Shown: positions 9,602 to 18,468, counted from the first letter of the stretch. The stretch is 64,000 nucleotides of DNA from an uncultured Candidatus Rokubacteria bacterium (GCA_963805625.1 CAWDVE010000012.1:64001-128000), one strand, 5' to 3'. Translations and numbers: made by a program. The notes: generated from the sequence alone by a model not told the origin.

Positions 9602-10420
9602 ATGGGAGCAGCGGCTCAGTACGCCACGAAGGTCGTACGTGGAGTGACTCTCCGTGCGGACCCGGCCCGCGAGGCCTGCTTCAAGGTCGTGAACGACGCC
9701 ACCGATCTGGCGGACTATGCGGACATGTCGCCGGTGGCCCGGCGTCAGCGGCTCCACAAGCACATGCACAACGAGATGCAGAGTCTCGAGATGGCGGCGC
9801 AGTCCGTGGCCGACTTCCCCGACGCGCCGTGGGACGTCAGGATGGGGCTGGCCCGCCAGTGCTGGGACGAGACCCGGCACTCTCAAATCCTCCACCGGCG
9901 GCTCCGGGAGGTCGGGGGCTACAAGGGCGAGTTCCCGGTGATGAACTTCGAGTGGAGCATCACCTGCATGATGGACTCTCTCTCCGCGCGGCTGGCCATC
10001 CAGAACCGCACGTTCGAGGGGGGGGAGATCGACCTCCTGCGGCATCTTGTCGGCGTGTGGCGGGAAGAGGGCGACAACGACACCGCCGATCTCCTCGACG
10101 GGATCCTCGTCGACGAGATCCAGCACGTCCGCCTGGCCAACGAGTGGTTCAAGCAGATGTCCCGGCAGGATCCGACGGTGCTGCTGAAGCTGGCCGCGGC
10201 CGTCAACTTCCTGAAGCGCGTCACCCAGGCGTTCCAGCCGGCTCCCGGCGAGGTGAATGCCGCCGGCGTGAACCTCACCGGCTTCGAGCATGTCGAGATG
10301 CTCTCGAACGTCGAGGACCGGCTCCGCGCGGGATTCACGGAGCGGGAGATCGCCCAGATCCAGCTTCAGGAGAGCCAGCTGCGGGCCTCTGCGGCAGCAG
10401 AGAAGACCGCCGTATCCTAG
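9602..10420 (+). CDS. Ferritin-like diiron protein (DUF455-like), copy 1
   Basis: HNEMQSLE..ARQCWDETRH..NRTFEGGEID..LVDEIQH: two ExxH motifs in a four-helix-bundle spacing; RBS upstream of ATG 9602. Confidence 0.82.
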   Translation: MGAAAQYATKVVRGVTLRADPAREACFKVVNDATDLADYADMSPVARRQRLHKHMHNEMQSLEMAAQSVADFPDAPWDVRMGLARQCWDETRHSQILHRRLREVGGYKGEFPVMNFEWSITCMMDSLSARLAIQNRTFEGGEIDLLRHLVGVWREEGDNDTADLLDGILVDEIQHVRLANEWFKQMSRQDPTVLLKLAAAVNFLKRVTQAFQPAPGEVNAAGVNLTGFEHVEMLSNVEDRLRAGFTEREIAQIQLQESQLRASAAAEKTAVS

Positions 10421-10437
10421 ATACGGCCGGCGACCGG

Positions 10438-11547
10438 GTGTCAACCGCCGTCGGACTCGGCCGGTGGAACGCGACGCTCGAGCGCGTCCTGGAGGCGCCG
10501 GAGCCGCGGCCCCGCCAGACTGAACCAGTCTGGTTCCGGTTCGGCGACGGGTTCTTGGAGGTCGTCTCCGACCACGAGCCGCTCCTCCGCGACCTCGAGG
10601 CCTTCTACGGGGACTGCGGGATCGCCGAGCCTCCCGCAGAGGGATGTCGGGTCCGCTGCACCGCGAGCCTGCTCCCCGGCGTCCCGTTGCTGTCCCTCTC
10701 GTTCAGCGGGCCACGCCAGCCCGATCTGATCGAGGTCGCGCGGAGCCCCTACCGGTTTCGCCGGCGCGAGCCGTACATCGAGGCTCCCGGCCCGGCGCCC
10801 GGCTGGCGCCTGCTGGTGAATCGCGATGCGGACGACCGCCTCCTCATCGCGACCAACGGCCGGGTGAGCTTGGTCAACCTCGACGAAGCGCCGGCCGAGT
10901 TCGTCGTCGACCTGGTCGTCTCCGCGGCCCAGAGTATCCAGACCGGGGTGCTGTTCCTCCACGCCGGCTCCGTGGGCGTCGGCGGAACGGGCGCCCTGAT
11001 CATCGCCCCGACCAACGGGGGCAAGTCGACGACCACCCTCGCCCTGGCGCGGCGCGGCCATGCCTTCCTCGGCGACGACGTGGCGGCGGTGCGGCTGGCC
11101 ACCCGCGAGCTGCTGCCGTTCCCGAGGTCGGCCGGGCTGCGGGAAGGATCCCTGGCCCGATCCCTGGAGGGGCAGGTGCAGGGGTGCCGCCACGTGCGCG
11201 CCACGAACCGTCACGGGATCGAGCGGGCCGTCGTGCGGGTCAGCGATCTCTTCCCCTGGTCGGTCAGCGGCCCGCTGCCCCTCCGGTTCGCGTTCGTCCT
11301 CGACGGGCTGGCGGAGAGCGCCGCGATCTCGGAGTTCCGGCCTGGGCTCGGCGAGCTGCCCCGGCTCCAGTCGACGGTGACCGACACGTCGACATCCTGG
11401 GGGCTCTCGCCCGGGCGTGACCTGATGCTGTTCCTCTCGGTGGTGAACCTTCTGTCCGGCCTGCGCTGCCATCTCGTGCAGCGCGGCTCCCCGGACGAGA
11501 CCGCACGCGTCATCGAAGCCGCCATCATGGAGGGAACATGTACCTGA
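10438..11547 (+). CDS. HPr-kinase-like P-loop kinase (lasso-cluster type)
   Basis: LFLHAGSV..GALIIAPTNGGKSTTTLALARRGHAFLGDD; GTG start inferred. Confidence 0.82.
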   Translation: MSTAVGLGRWNATLERVLEAPEPRPRQTEPVWFRFGDGFLEVVSDHEPLLRDLEAFYGDCGIAEPPAEGCRVRCTASLLPGVPLLSLSFSGPRQPDLIEVARSPYRFRRREPYIEAPGPAPGWRLLVNRDADDRLLIATNGRVSLVNLDEAPAEFVVDLVVSAAQSIQTGVLFLHAGSVGVGGTGALIIAPTNGGKSTTTLALARRGHAFLGDDVAAVRLATRELLPFPRSAGLREGSLARSLEGQVQGCRHVRATNRHGIERAVVRVSDLFPWSVSGPLPLRFAFVLDGLAESAAISEFRPGLGELPRLQSTVTDTSTSWGLSPGRDLMLFLSVVNLLSGLRCHLVQRGSPDETARVIEAAIMEGTCT

Positions 11548-12098
11548 ACGTGAAGGAGCGGGGCGACCACGTAGCCACCTTTCGCTGGATCGAGGTGCGC
11601 CTGATGGAGATGTTGGCCGCCTGGGTCCCCACCACGCCCGAGATGGAGGTGAAGCTCGTCTTCGGAGCCCACATCTGGGAGGCCGCGCAGCATGCGGACG
11701 CGCTGGGGAAGCGGACCCACGAGCTGCGGCTGCCCCTCCACGACAGCCTCGAGCCCGCCCGTGGGTACGTCGACTTGCTCACGGAAGTGGCCAGGACGAC
11801 CGACACCAGCAAGCGGATCGCCGCGTTCTACGATTGCCTGCTCCCGGGCCTCGAGCAGCGCTTCCGGCGTTACATCGAGCGGGTCGACACGCTCCTGGAC
11901 GGCCCCACCGTCCGGATCCTCGAGCGGATCATGGGCGACATGGCCCGCATGACGGCCGACTGTCGCGCCCTCCTAGAGGAGGTGCCGGCCGTCAAGCTCA
12001 AGGACCACAAGTGGCTCGATGCGCTGCGCCAGCGCGAGGCAGGTCTCGGTGACATCATCGTCCACCGGGTGTCGAGCCCGGCGGCGGTCCCGGCGTGA
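11538..12098 (+). CDS. Divergent ferritin-like protein (copy 2) lacking the second ExxH
   Basis: WIEVRLMEMLAAW..EVKLVFGAHIWEAAQHADALGKR resembles ferritin-like helices 1-2; overlaps both neighbouring genes. Confidence 0.65.
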   Translation: MYLNVKERGDHVATFRWIEVRLMEMLAAWVPTTPEMEVKLVFGAHIWEAAQHADALGKRTHELRLPLHDSLEPARGYVDLLTEVARTTDTSKRIAAFYDCLLPGLEQRFRRYIERVDTLLDGPTVRILERIMGDMARMTADCRALLEEVPAVKLKDHKWLDALRQREAGLGDIIVHRVSSPAAVPA

Positions 12099-12808
12099 GC
12101 GTCATGGCCAGCATCGGCACGATCGTGGTGCGCGGTGGCGTCACTCTGCGAGCGAGCCCGGCTCGAGACTCCTGCTTCAGGATCGTCACCGACCAGGCCG
12201 ACATGGTGAAGCATCCCGACGGGTCGCTCGAAGCGCGTCGGGAGCAGCTGCACAGCGATGTGAACAACGAGCTCCAGAGCCTGGAGATCGCCGCCCAGTC
12301 GATCGTCGACTTTCCCGAAGCGCCCTGGGAGCTGCGCCTCGAACTGGCCCGCCAGTGCTGGGACGAGGTACGCCACGCCCGCCTGTTCCTCGGCCGGCTT
12401 CTCGCGCTCAAGGGATACCTGGGGGAGTTCCCCATCATCAACCAGGAGTGGGGCGTCGTCTGCATGTTCGACTCCCTCCCGGCGAGACTTGCGGTCCAGA
12501 ACCGGATCTTCGAGGGCCTGTCACTCGACGTCTTCAAGGAGAGCGTCGAGGTGTGGGCGGGCTGGGGCGATCCCGAGACGGCCGAGGTCATGGAAGGCGT
12601 CATGGTCGACGAGATCCGGCACGCGGCATTTGCCCAGGAGTGGCTTCGCCGCCTGGGAGCCGGTAACCCGGGCGTGACGCTCAAGGCCGTGGCGGCCATG
12701 AGCCAGCTGAAGACGATGAGCATCGCCTTGACCCCCGCCGGGCAGAAGATGGAGCACGAGATCCCGGTCAACACCGAGGACCGGCGTCACGCCGGGCTTC
12801 CCATCTGA
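12095..12808 (+). CDS. Ferritin-like diiron protein (DUF455-like), copy 3
   Basis: NNELQSLE..ARQCWDEVRH..NRIFEGLSLD..MVDEIRH; clear paralog of 9602-10420. Confidence 0.82.
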   Translation: MSVMASIGTIVVRGGVTLRASPARDSCFRIVTDQADMVKHPDGSLEARREQLHSDVNNELQSLEIAAQSIVDFPEAPWELRLELARQCWDEVRHARLFLGRLLALKGYLGEFPIINQEWGVVCMFDSLPARLAVQNRIFEGLSLDVFKESVEVWAGWGDPETAEVMEGVMVDEIRHAAFAQEWLRRLGAGNPGVTLKAVAAMSQLKTMSIALTPAGQKMEHEIPVNTEDRRHAGLPI

Positions 12809-12816
12809 GTTCGCCC

Positions 12817-13560
12817 ATGAGTACGCCTCAGGACGCCGCTCGCCCTCCGCTCGACCCGGCGCTGTTCGCCGATGGCCCGGCGCGCGATTCGCGGTTCGCG
12901 GTGAAGGACCGCTGGATTGAGATGGCCAACACCCCGGCCGACCATCCCCTTCATCAGATGGAATTCACGCATCGCCAGATGAACGAGGAGATCAACGGCC
13001 TCGAGTGCTCGGCGCGCGGCCTGAGCGACTTCCCGGACGCGGCCTGGGAGCTCCGGATGGCGCTGGCCAGGCAGTGCGTCGACGAGGCGCGCCACGTCAA
13101 GATGTTCCGGCGCCTCCTCGAGCGCCTCGGAGGGCACGTCGGGCAGTTCCCGGTGCTCAACTTCCAGTACCGCATCATCACGAAAGCGGACAGCCTGATC
13201 GGCCGGCTGACGATCCAGAATCGTACGTTCGAGGCTGGCGGGCTCGACGCCGTCTCCGCGGTGGTCGAGCAGATGCGGGCGAGGGGCGACGACGACCTCG
13301 AGCTGTTCTTCGACTCCCAGCTGGCCGACGAGATCCTCCACGTGCGCTTCGCCAACGAGTGGATTCGCCGGCTGATCCACGAAGACCCGCGAAACGTTCT
13401 CCGGATGGGGAGCGCGATGACGGCCGCGGCGAAGGCGTTCAAGCAGGTGATGGGAAGGGAAGGGACGGAAGGAGTCAGCTATCCCACCGACAGACAGGCT
13501 CGTTTGGAGGCGGGGTTCACCCCCAGTGAGGTCGAGATGGACGCGGGGTCCAAGGCCTAG
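12817..13560 (+). CDS. Ferritin-like diiron protein (DUF455-like), copy 4
   Basis: MNEEINGLE..ARQCVDEARH..NRTFEAGGLD..LADEILH. Confidence 0.82.
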   Translation: MSTPQDAARPPLDPALFADGPARDSRFAVKDRWIEMANTPADHPLHQMEFTHRQMNEEINGLECSARGLSDFPDAAWELRMALARQCVDEARHVKMFRRLLERLGGHVGQFPVLNFQYRIITKADSLIGRLTIQNRTFEAGGLDAVSAVVEQMRARGDDDLELFFDSQLADEILHVRFANEWIRRLIHEDPRNVLRMGSAMTAAAKAFKQVMGREGTEGVSYPTDRQARLEAGFTPSEVEMDAGSKA

Positions 13561-13594
13561 CCAACTCGGTCGACCCGGCGACACAGCCGTCCGA

Positions 13595-14200
13595 ATGACG
13601 AGGTCGCTCAGCGAGGCGGACACGGCGACGTCCCGTCCTGATCCGGTCCAGGCGGTCGCGGCTTTCTTCCGGGAGGATCCGGCGCGCATCCTCGCTGTCG
13701 CTTCGAGCCTCCGAGGCCCCGACCGCAGCATCGAGTCCACCGTCGAGGGTAAGAGCATGGGGCGGACGCTCCCGCCCGGCTCTCGGATCCGCATCGAGCT
13801 GGCCGATCGACCCGGTTACGAGGTCGGGGAGGTGGTCGCGTTCCTGGCCCGGGGCAAGGTCGTCGTGCACCGGGTGGTGCACAAGAGCCAGCGGGGTGCG
13901 GCTCGCGGCCGGCTCCTCACGCGGGGCGACGCCGCGCTGGTCCCCGACCCGGCGATCGACGTGGCGAGCGTCCTGGGCGCGGTGACCGCGATCGACCGTG
14001 ACGGAGGCTGGGTGCCGCCGGATGGACGGCCCCGCCGATCGCTCCCCGCTCGAGTCGTGGCCTCGCTCGCGCTGGCCATCGTCGCGCGCGTGCTGGAGGC
14101 GAGCCCTCGGGCCGCGGACGTCGTCGTGCGGCTGCTCCACCGAGGACGGCCGCTCCATGCGGCGTGCCTGCGTCACGGCGGGCGAGGGGTGGCACCATGA
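13595..14200 (+). CDS. S24/S26-family (signal-peptidase-like) serine peptidase
   Basis: VEGKSMGRTLPPGS (catalytic Ser), GEVVAF..VVVHRVV (His), LLTRGDA..PD. Confidence 0.78.
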   Translation: MTRSLSEADTATSRPDPVQAVAAFFREDPARILAVASSLRGPDRSIESTVEGKSMGRTLPPGSRIRIELADRPGYEVGEVVAFLARGKVVVHRVVHKSQRGAARGRLLTRGDAALVPDPAIDVASVLGAVTAIDRDGGWVPPDGRPRRSLPARVVASLALAIVARVLEASPRAADVVVRLLHRGRPLHAACLRHGGRGVAP

Positions 14201-14961
14201 AGCTGGTCGCCCAGACCTCGCAGTTCCACGTCTATGACGACGTCCTGCTGGAGAAGGATTTCCGCGCGGTTTGGAACTACGTCCAGCTCGAATCGTACGT
14301 GCCGGTACACCACGACGGCTGGGTGAAGGTCTGGCGCATCTCCGACGGCGTCCCGCTGGGCGCGTTGGCGACCGTGCTCTACGAGAGCCCCAAGCGTCCG
14401 GCCGGATCGGAGGACGCCAAGGGCACCCGCATCTATCCCACGCACACGGGGCTCGACCGGGTGCTGGAAGCCCTCAGGACCCATGCCGACCAGCTGGCCG
14501 ACCTCGTCGGCAAGTGGGGCGCCGATTTCGACAACGTGAGCGCTCGTGCGTTCCTCTATCCGCAGGGGACGGGGCTGTCCTGGCACGAGGACGCGGTCAA
14601 CTACACCGGCGGGTACGCCTTCTACGCGCATCCGGAATGGAACGTCCAGTGGGGCGGCGAGCTCCTCGTCGCCGACGAGTCCGCCAGGTCCCAGCATTTC
14701 GAGGACGACCGGCTCCCGGTTCTTACGCGCACGGAGGAGGGGCTCCGGCTCACCAAGGTGCGCATCCCGCCGTTCCTCGACAATGCGCGCCAGAATACCG
14801 TGCTCGCGCAGCGCGGCATGGGATGCTACATCACTCCGAAGCCCAACCGACTGGTCGTGATCGCTGCCGGGAACGCCCACATGATCAACCGGGTCCACCC
14901 GGCCGCCGGAGACCACGTCCGCTGCACGATCGCGGGCTTCTTCATCTCCTCCAAGGTTTGA
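14197..14961 (+). CDS. 2OG-Fe(II) oxygenase (prolyl-4-hydroxylase-like)
   Basis: LSWHED (HxD), YAHPEWNVQWGGEL, PKPNRLV..HMINRV..RCTIAGF. Confidence 0.85.
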   Translation: MKLVAQTSQFHVYDDVLLEKDFRAVWNYVQLESYVPVHHDGWVKVWRISDGVPLGALATVLYESPKRPAGSEDAKGTRIYPTHTGLDRVLEALRTHADQLADLVGKWGADFDNVSARAFLYPQGTGLSWHEDAVNYTGGYAFYAHPEWNVQWGGELLVADESARSQHFEDDRLPVLTRTEEGLRLTKVRIPPFLDNARQNTVLAQRGMGCYITPKPNRLVVIAAGNAHMINRVHPAAGDHVRCTIAGFFISSKV

Positions 14962-15017
14962 CCGCGAGCGGAAGCATGCGTCGGCCGCTGCCAAGGGCCG
15001 CCTGAGACCGTCGGCCC

Positions 15018-16721
15018 ATGCGGGGTGGCTTCGTCGTCTGCCTGAACGGAAACGGGCGCCTTCTCGACCAGGTCGTCGAGCACGTGCGCTGGCACCACGG
15101 CAAGGGCATCCGGGATCACCGCGATGGCCTGGAGATCGCCGCCCTCGTCGACGGCGCCGACGGCCCGGCCATCGAGATCGGAGCCGGCCGGACCGTCCTG
15201 GTCCATGGCGCCGCCCCGGCGCCCCTCGCCGAGCTCCAGCGCCGCGGGACGCGGTTCGCGGCGATCGAGTGGGACGGAGTGCGATTGCGCGCCAGCCGGG
15301 ATCCGATGGGCCTCGCCCCGCTGTTCTACCGGGCGTATCAGGGAGTCGTGTGGCTTGCCACGGAAGTGCAGCCCCTGGTCGCCCTGGGACGCGCGGCTCC
15401 GGACCTGGAAGCGCTCACGGCCAGGACCGCGTTCACCCCGATCGACGATCGGACGGGCTGGGAGGGCATCGGGCGCGTGCTCCCCGGGTCGACGCTCGAG
15501 TTCGGCCCCGATCGGCAAGTCTCCTCCGCCCGCTACTGGCAACCGGCCGAGGCCCTCGGTCGGTACCGGGGCAGTCGCGCCGAGGCGCTGGCGGAGTTCC
15601 GGGAGCGGTTCCGCACGGCGGTGGGGCGGTGCTACGAGCCCGGTGGCGGCATCCTGCTCAGCGGGGGTCTCGACTCGGCGGCGGTGGCCCTGACGGCGGC
15701 CGAGCAGGGGCAAACCCGCCCGCATCTGGTGCATGTCCACTTCCCCGACCTTCCCGAGACGCACGAGCAAGGATACGCCAGTGCGGTGGCGGCCGCCGTT
15801 GGCGCTCCGCTCCACGTCGTCCCCGGGCAGGTCGACCCCTGGGACGTGGACCCCGAGCTCGACGGCTGGGGAGGGATCGCTTACAGCTGGGTGCCCTACG
15901 GCATGGAGGACCCCGCCCTGGCCCACATGGCGGCCTCGGGTGTCACGGTGGCGCTGGACGGCCACGATGGAGATGGCGCCCTCGGTCCCCTCGGCTCCAA
16001 CTGGGGCGACATGATCCTGAAGGGGGAGCTTCGCCAAGTCGCCGCGCTGGCCGTGCGCCATGGCGCGTGGGCGCTCGTCCGCGGGGTCGCCGTCGATTTC
16101 CTTCCGCCGTACGCCTGGTTACGCCGGCTGGCCGGCCGCCCTCCCCGAGCAACCTACATGCAGTCGGTCGCTCACTACTTTCGCGGGCCCCTCCGCGACC
16201 GCAGCCTCGCGGCCGACATCGAGCGGTGGACGTGGCCGTCGAGGCGCTGGGGGGTGCGGCAGCTCCAGCCGCTGCTTCCGCGTGCGACGATCTCCTTCGA
16301 GCAGAAGGAGCTCGAGGCGGCTCGCCACGGCCTCGACATGCGCCATCCCTTTGCCGACCGTGAGCTGGTCGAGTTCCTCATCTCGCTCCCGTCGGCCGTG
16401 AAGAGCGATCCGATGCGTCCCAAGGCGATCCTCGTGGACAGCCTGAGCGACCTGCTTCCCAAGGCCGTCCAGCAGCGCCCAAAAAGCGACTACATGGCCG
16501 CCGTCCGACAGCGGGTGGACCCGGCCGCCTGCATCGAGAGGATCCGGGCCTCGGGCGTTCGCCTGCCGGGCATCGAGTACGGACGACTCCTGGACGACGC
16601 CCGGCTCGATCCCAACGGGCTGCCGCTGTTCTTCCTCGTCAATCTCACCCGGATCCACGCGTTCGCCCAGCGGGCCCTCGAAGCGGCCGGCGGCTCCGGG
16701 AAGGGGGCGCCCCATGTCTGA
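15018..16721 (+). CDS. Asparagine-synthetase-like ATP-dependent enzyme of lasso-cyclase type (no N-terminal catalytic Cys)
   Basis: RDPMGLAPLFY, ILLSGGLDSAAV (PP-loop), LDGHDGD, MRHPFADRELVEFLISLP; N-terminus is MRGGF rather than MCGI. Confidence 0.85.
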   Translation: MRGGFVVCLNGNGRLLDQVVEHVRWHHGKGIRDHRDGLEIAALVDGADGPAIEIGAGRTVLVHGAAPAPLAELQRRGTRFAAIEWDGVRLRASRDPMGLAPLFYRAYQGVVWLATEVQPLVALGRAAPDLEALTARTAFTPIDDRTGWEGIGRVLPGSTLEFGPDRQVSSARYWQPAEALGRYRGSRAEALAEFRERFRTAVGRCYEPGGGILLSGGLDSAAVALTAAEQGQTRPHLVHVHFPDLPETHEQGYASAVAAAVGAPLHVVPGQVDPWDVDPELDGWGGIAYSWVPYGMEDPALAHMAASGVTVALDGHDGDGALGPLGSNWGDMILKGELRQVAALAVRHGAWALVRGVAVDFLPPYAWLRRLAGRPPRATYMQSVAHYFRGPLRDRSLAADIERWTWPSRRWGVRQLQPLLPRATISFEQKELEAARHGLDMRHPFADRELVEFLISLPSAVKSDPMRPKAILVDSLSDLLPKAVQQRPKSDYMAAVRQRVDPAACIERIRASGVRLPGIEYGRLLDDARLDPNGLPLFFLVNLTRIHAFAQRALEAAGGSGKGAPHV

Positions 16722-17475
16722 CGCCGCGGCGGGGACGGGTTCGGCCGCGTCCGCGCTCGCGCGGGACGGCTTCGCCGGTCCGTTCCCGCTCGGGACCCCG
16801 GCCCAGATGAGCGTCGTGGCCCTCCAGCTGTTCAAGTCGGTGTTCACCCGGCCGGGACCCTTCGCCGACGACCCCTTCCTCGATCGCCACCTCGATTCGC
16901 CGCTGGTCGCCCACCTGGCCACGCATCCCGCGATCCTCGCCCGGGTCGAGCCGCTCCTGGGCGGCGACCTCGTCGCCTGGCGATCGATCTTCTTCGCCAA
17001 GGGCCCGACGAGCCGGGAAGTGCCGTGGCATCAGGACGGCCACTTCTGGAACCTCGATCCGCCGATCACGCTCACCGCGTGGCTCGCGATCGACCGCGCC
17101 CACGGCGCCGATCACTGCATGGAGGTCGTGCCCGGCTCCCACCGGACGGCGCTTCCGCACGTCCCGTCGGCTCCGGGATCCCAGTTCCCGGAGAGCACCG
17201 CCCCCGGGTCCTTCGACCTCTCCCGAGCGATCGAGCTGCCGGTGGATGCCGGGATGTTCGTCCTGTTCGACCAGCGCCTCGTGCACCGTTCGAAGGGAGG
17301 CGGCCAGGCGCGGCGCCTCGCCCTTTCGGTGAGGATCGCCCCCGCGCACGTCCGGATCCCCCCCCACTTGCTGCCTCCGGGTGGCCGCGTGCTGCCTTTT
17401 GGGTGGAGGTCCCTCGCCGAGTCACCCCTCGAGGCCTCCCGGTCCGCCTCGTCCGACCCGCGCCGCGCCTCGTGA
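16714..17475 (+). CDS. Phytanoyl-CoA dioxygenase (PhyH) family Fe/2OG enzyme
   Basis: FFAKGP..VPWHQD..W, TAWLAID..CMEVVPGSH, LVHRS..RRLALSVR. Confidence 0.87.
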   Translation: MSDAAAGTGSAASALARDGFAGPFPLGTPAQMSVVALQLFKSVFTRPGPFADDPFLDRHLDSPLVAHLATHPAILARVEPLLGGDLVAWRSIFFAKGPTSREVPWHQDGHFWNLDPPITLTAWLAIDRAHGADHCMEVVPGSHRTALPHVPSAPGSQFPESTAPGSFDLSRAIELPVDAGMFVLFDQRLVHRSKGGGQARRLALSVRIAPAHVRIPPHLLPPGGRVLPFGWRSLAESPLEASRSASSDPRRAS

Positions 17476-18341
17476 CGCGCCCCGGCGACGCCAGCCCGGC
17501 CGACGCCGCCATGCGGGAGGCGCGCGAGCAGTCCTGGTTCCACACGATCAATCTTCCCGACGGCAGCAGCACGCGCGGTGTCTTCGACAACCGGGGCGTG
17601 GCCCGGCTGGTGCAGTGGCCGGCCGGCCTGCCCGGCGGCCGGTGTCTCGACGTCGGGACGTGTGACGGCTTCTGGGCCTTCGAGATGGAGCGCCGCGGCG
17701 CCGCCGAGGTCACCGCGATCGACGTGGACGACCCCGCCCACCTCGACTGGTCGTGGGAGTCCCGCCGCAACCCAGACGCCACGCAGGCATGGCGGGCGCG
17801 TCGGGGCCACCGCTTCGACATCGCCCGCCGCGCTCTGGGGTCGCGGGTGAACCGGGTGGCCTGCTCCGTCTACGATCTCGACCCGTCCGTCCACGGCCGG
17901 TTCGACGTGGTCTTCTGCGGGACCCTGCTGGTGCATCTCCGGGACCCGGTCCGGGCGCTCGAGCGCATGCGCGAGGTCTGCGCGGGCGAGCTCGTTCTCG
18001 TCGAGTGCATCGACGCGGTCCTGGACGTGGTCGCCTGGCGGGTGCCTTGCGCCCGATTCACCCCGGCGGCCGAGCAGTGGTGGCGGCTCAATCGGGCCGG
18101 GCTCCTCCGCATGCTGCGGGTCGCCGGCTTCGACGTGCTGTGGGCGAGCCGCCGGTTTCACACGCCGTTCGGGCCGAGCGTGCTGCTTCACCCGTCCCGG
18201 CGGTTCGGGCCGCTCCGCGCCGGCCGGGCGGCGGTGGCCCAGGTGCTGCGGGCGTTCCCGAGCGCCCCGGTCCTGGCCGATGCCGCCGGGCTGGCGCTGG
18301 GCACGTACGACGTCGCCGTCCGCGCCCGGCCCCGACCGTGA
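17472..18341 (+). CDS. Class I SAM-dependent methyltransferase
   Basis: WFHTINLPDG..T.G, CLDVGTCDGFWAFEMERRGA, FDVVFCGTLLVHLRDP; overlaps the previous stop (GTGA). Confidence 0.85.
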   Translation: MTRPGDASPADAAMREAREQSWFHTINLPDGSSTRGVFDNRGVARLVQWPAGLPGGRCLDVGTCDGFWAFEMERRGAAEVTAIDVDDPAHLDWSWESRRNPDATQAWRARRGHRFDIARRALGSRVNRVACSVYDLDPSVHGRFDVVFCGTLLVHLRDPVRALERMREVCAGELVLVECIDAVLDVVAWRVPCARFTPAAEQWWRLNRAGLLRMLRVAGFDVLWASRRFHTPFGPSVLLHPSRRFGPLRAGRAAVAQVLRAFPSAPVLADAAGLALGTYDVAVRARPRP

Positions 18342-18468
18342 GCCGAGCGGTCCTGGTGAGCCGTCCTCGGGCGGCCGGTCCGGCGCGGTGGCGGGTCCCG
18401 GGGGTCCTCCGCTGCTGCCGGCCGAACGCCCTCTCGCGACTGCCGCTCAGAGTACTGCCGAAGTTGGC

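Noticed and set aside
9829-10437. Long N-terminal extension of the kinase ORF
   Set aside because: Overlaps ferritin-like copy 1 in another frame and is low-complexity; GTG 10438 is preferred.
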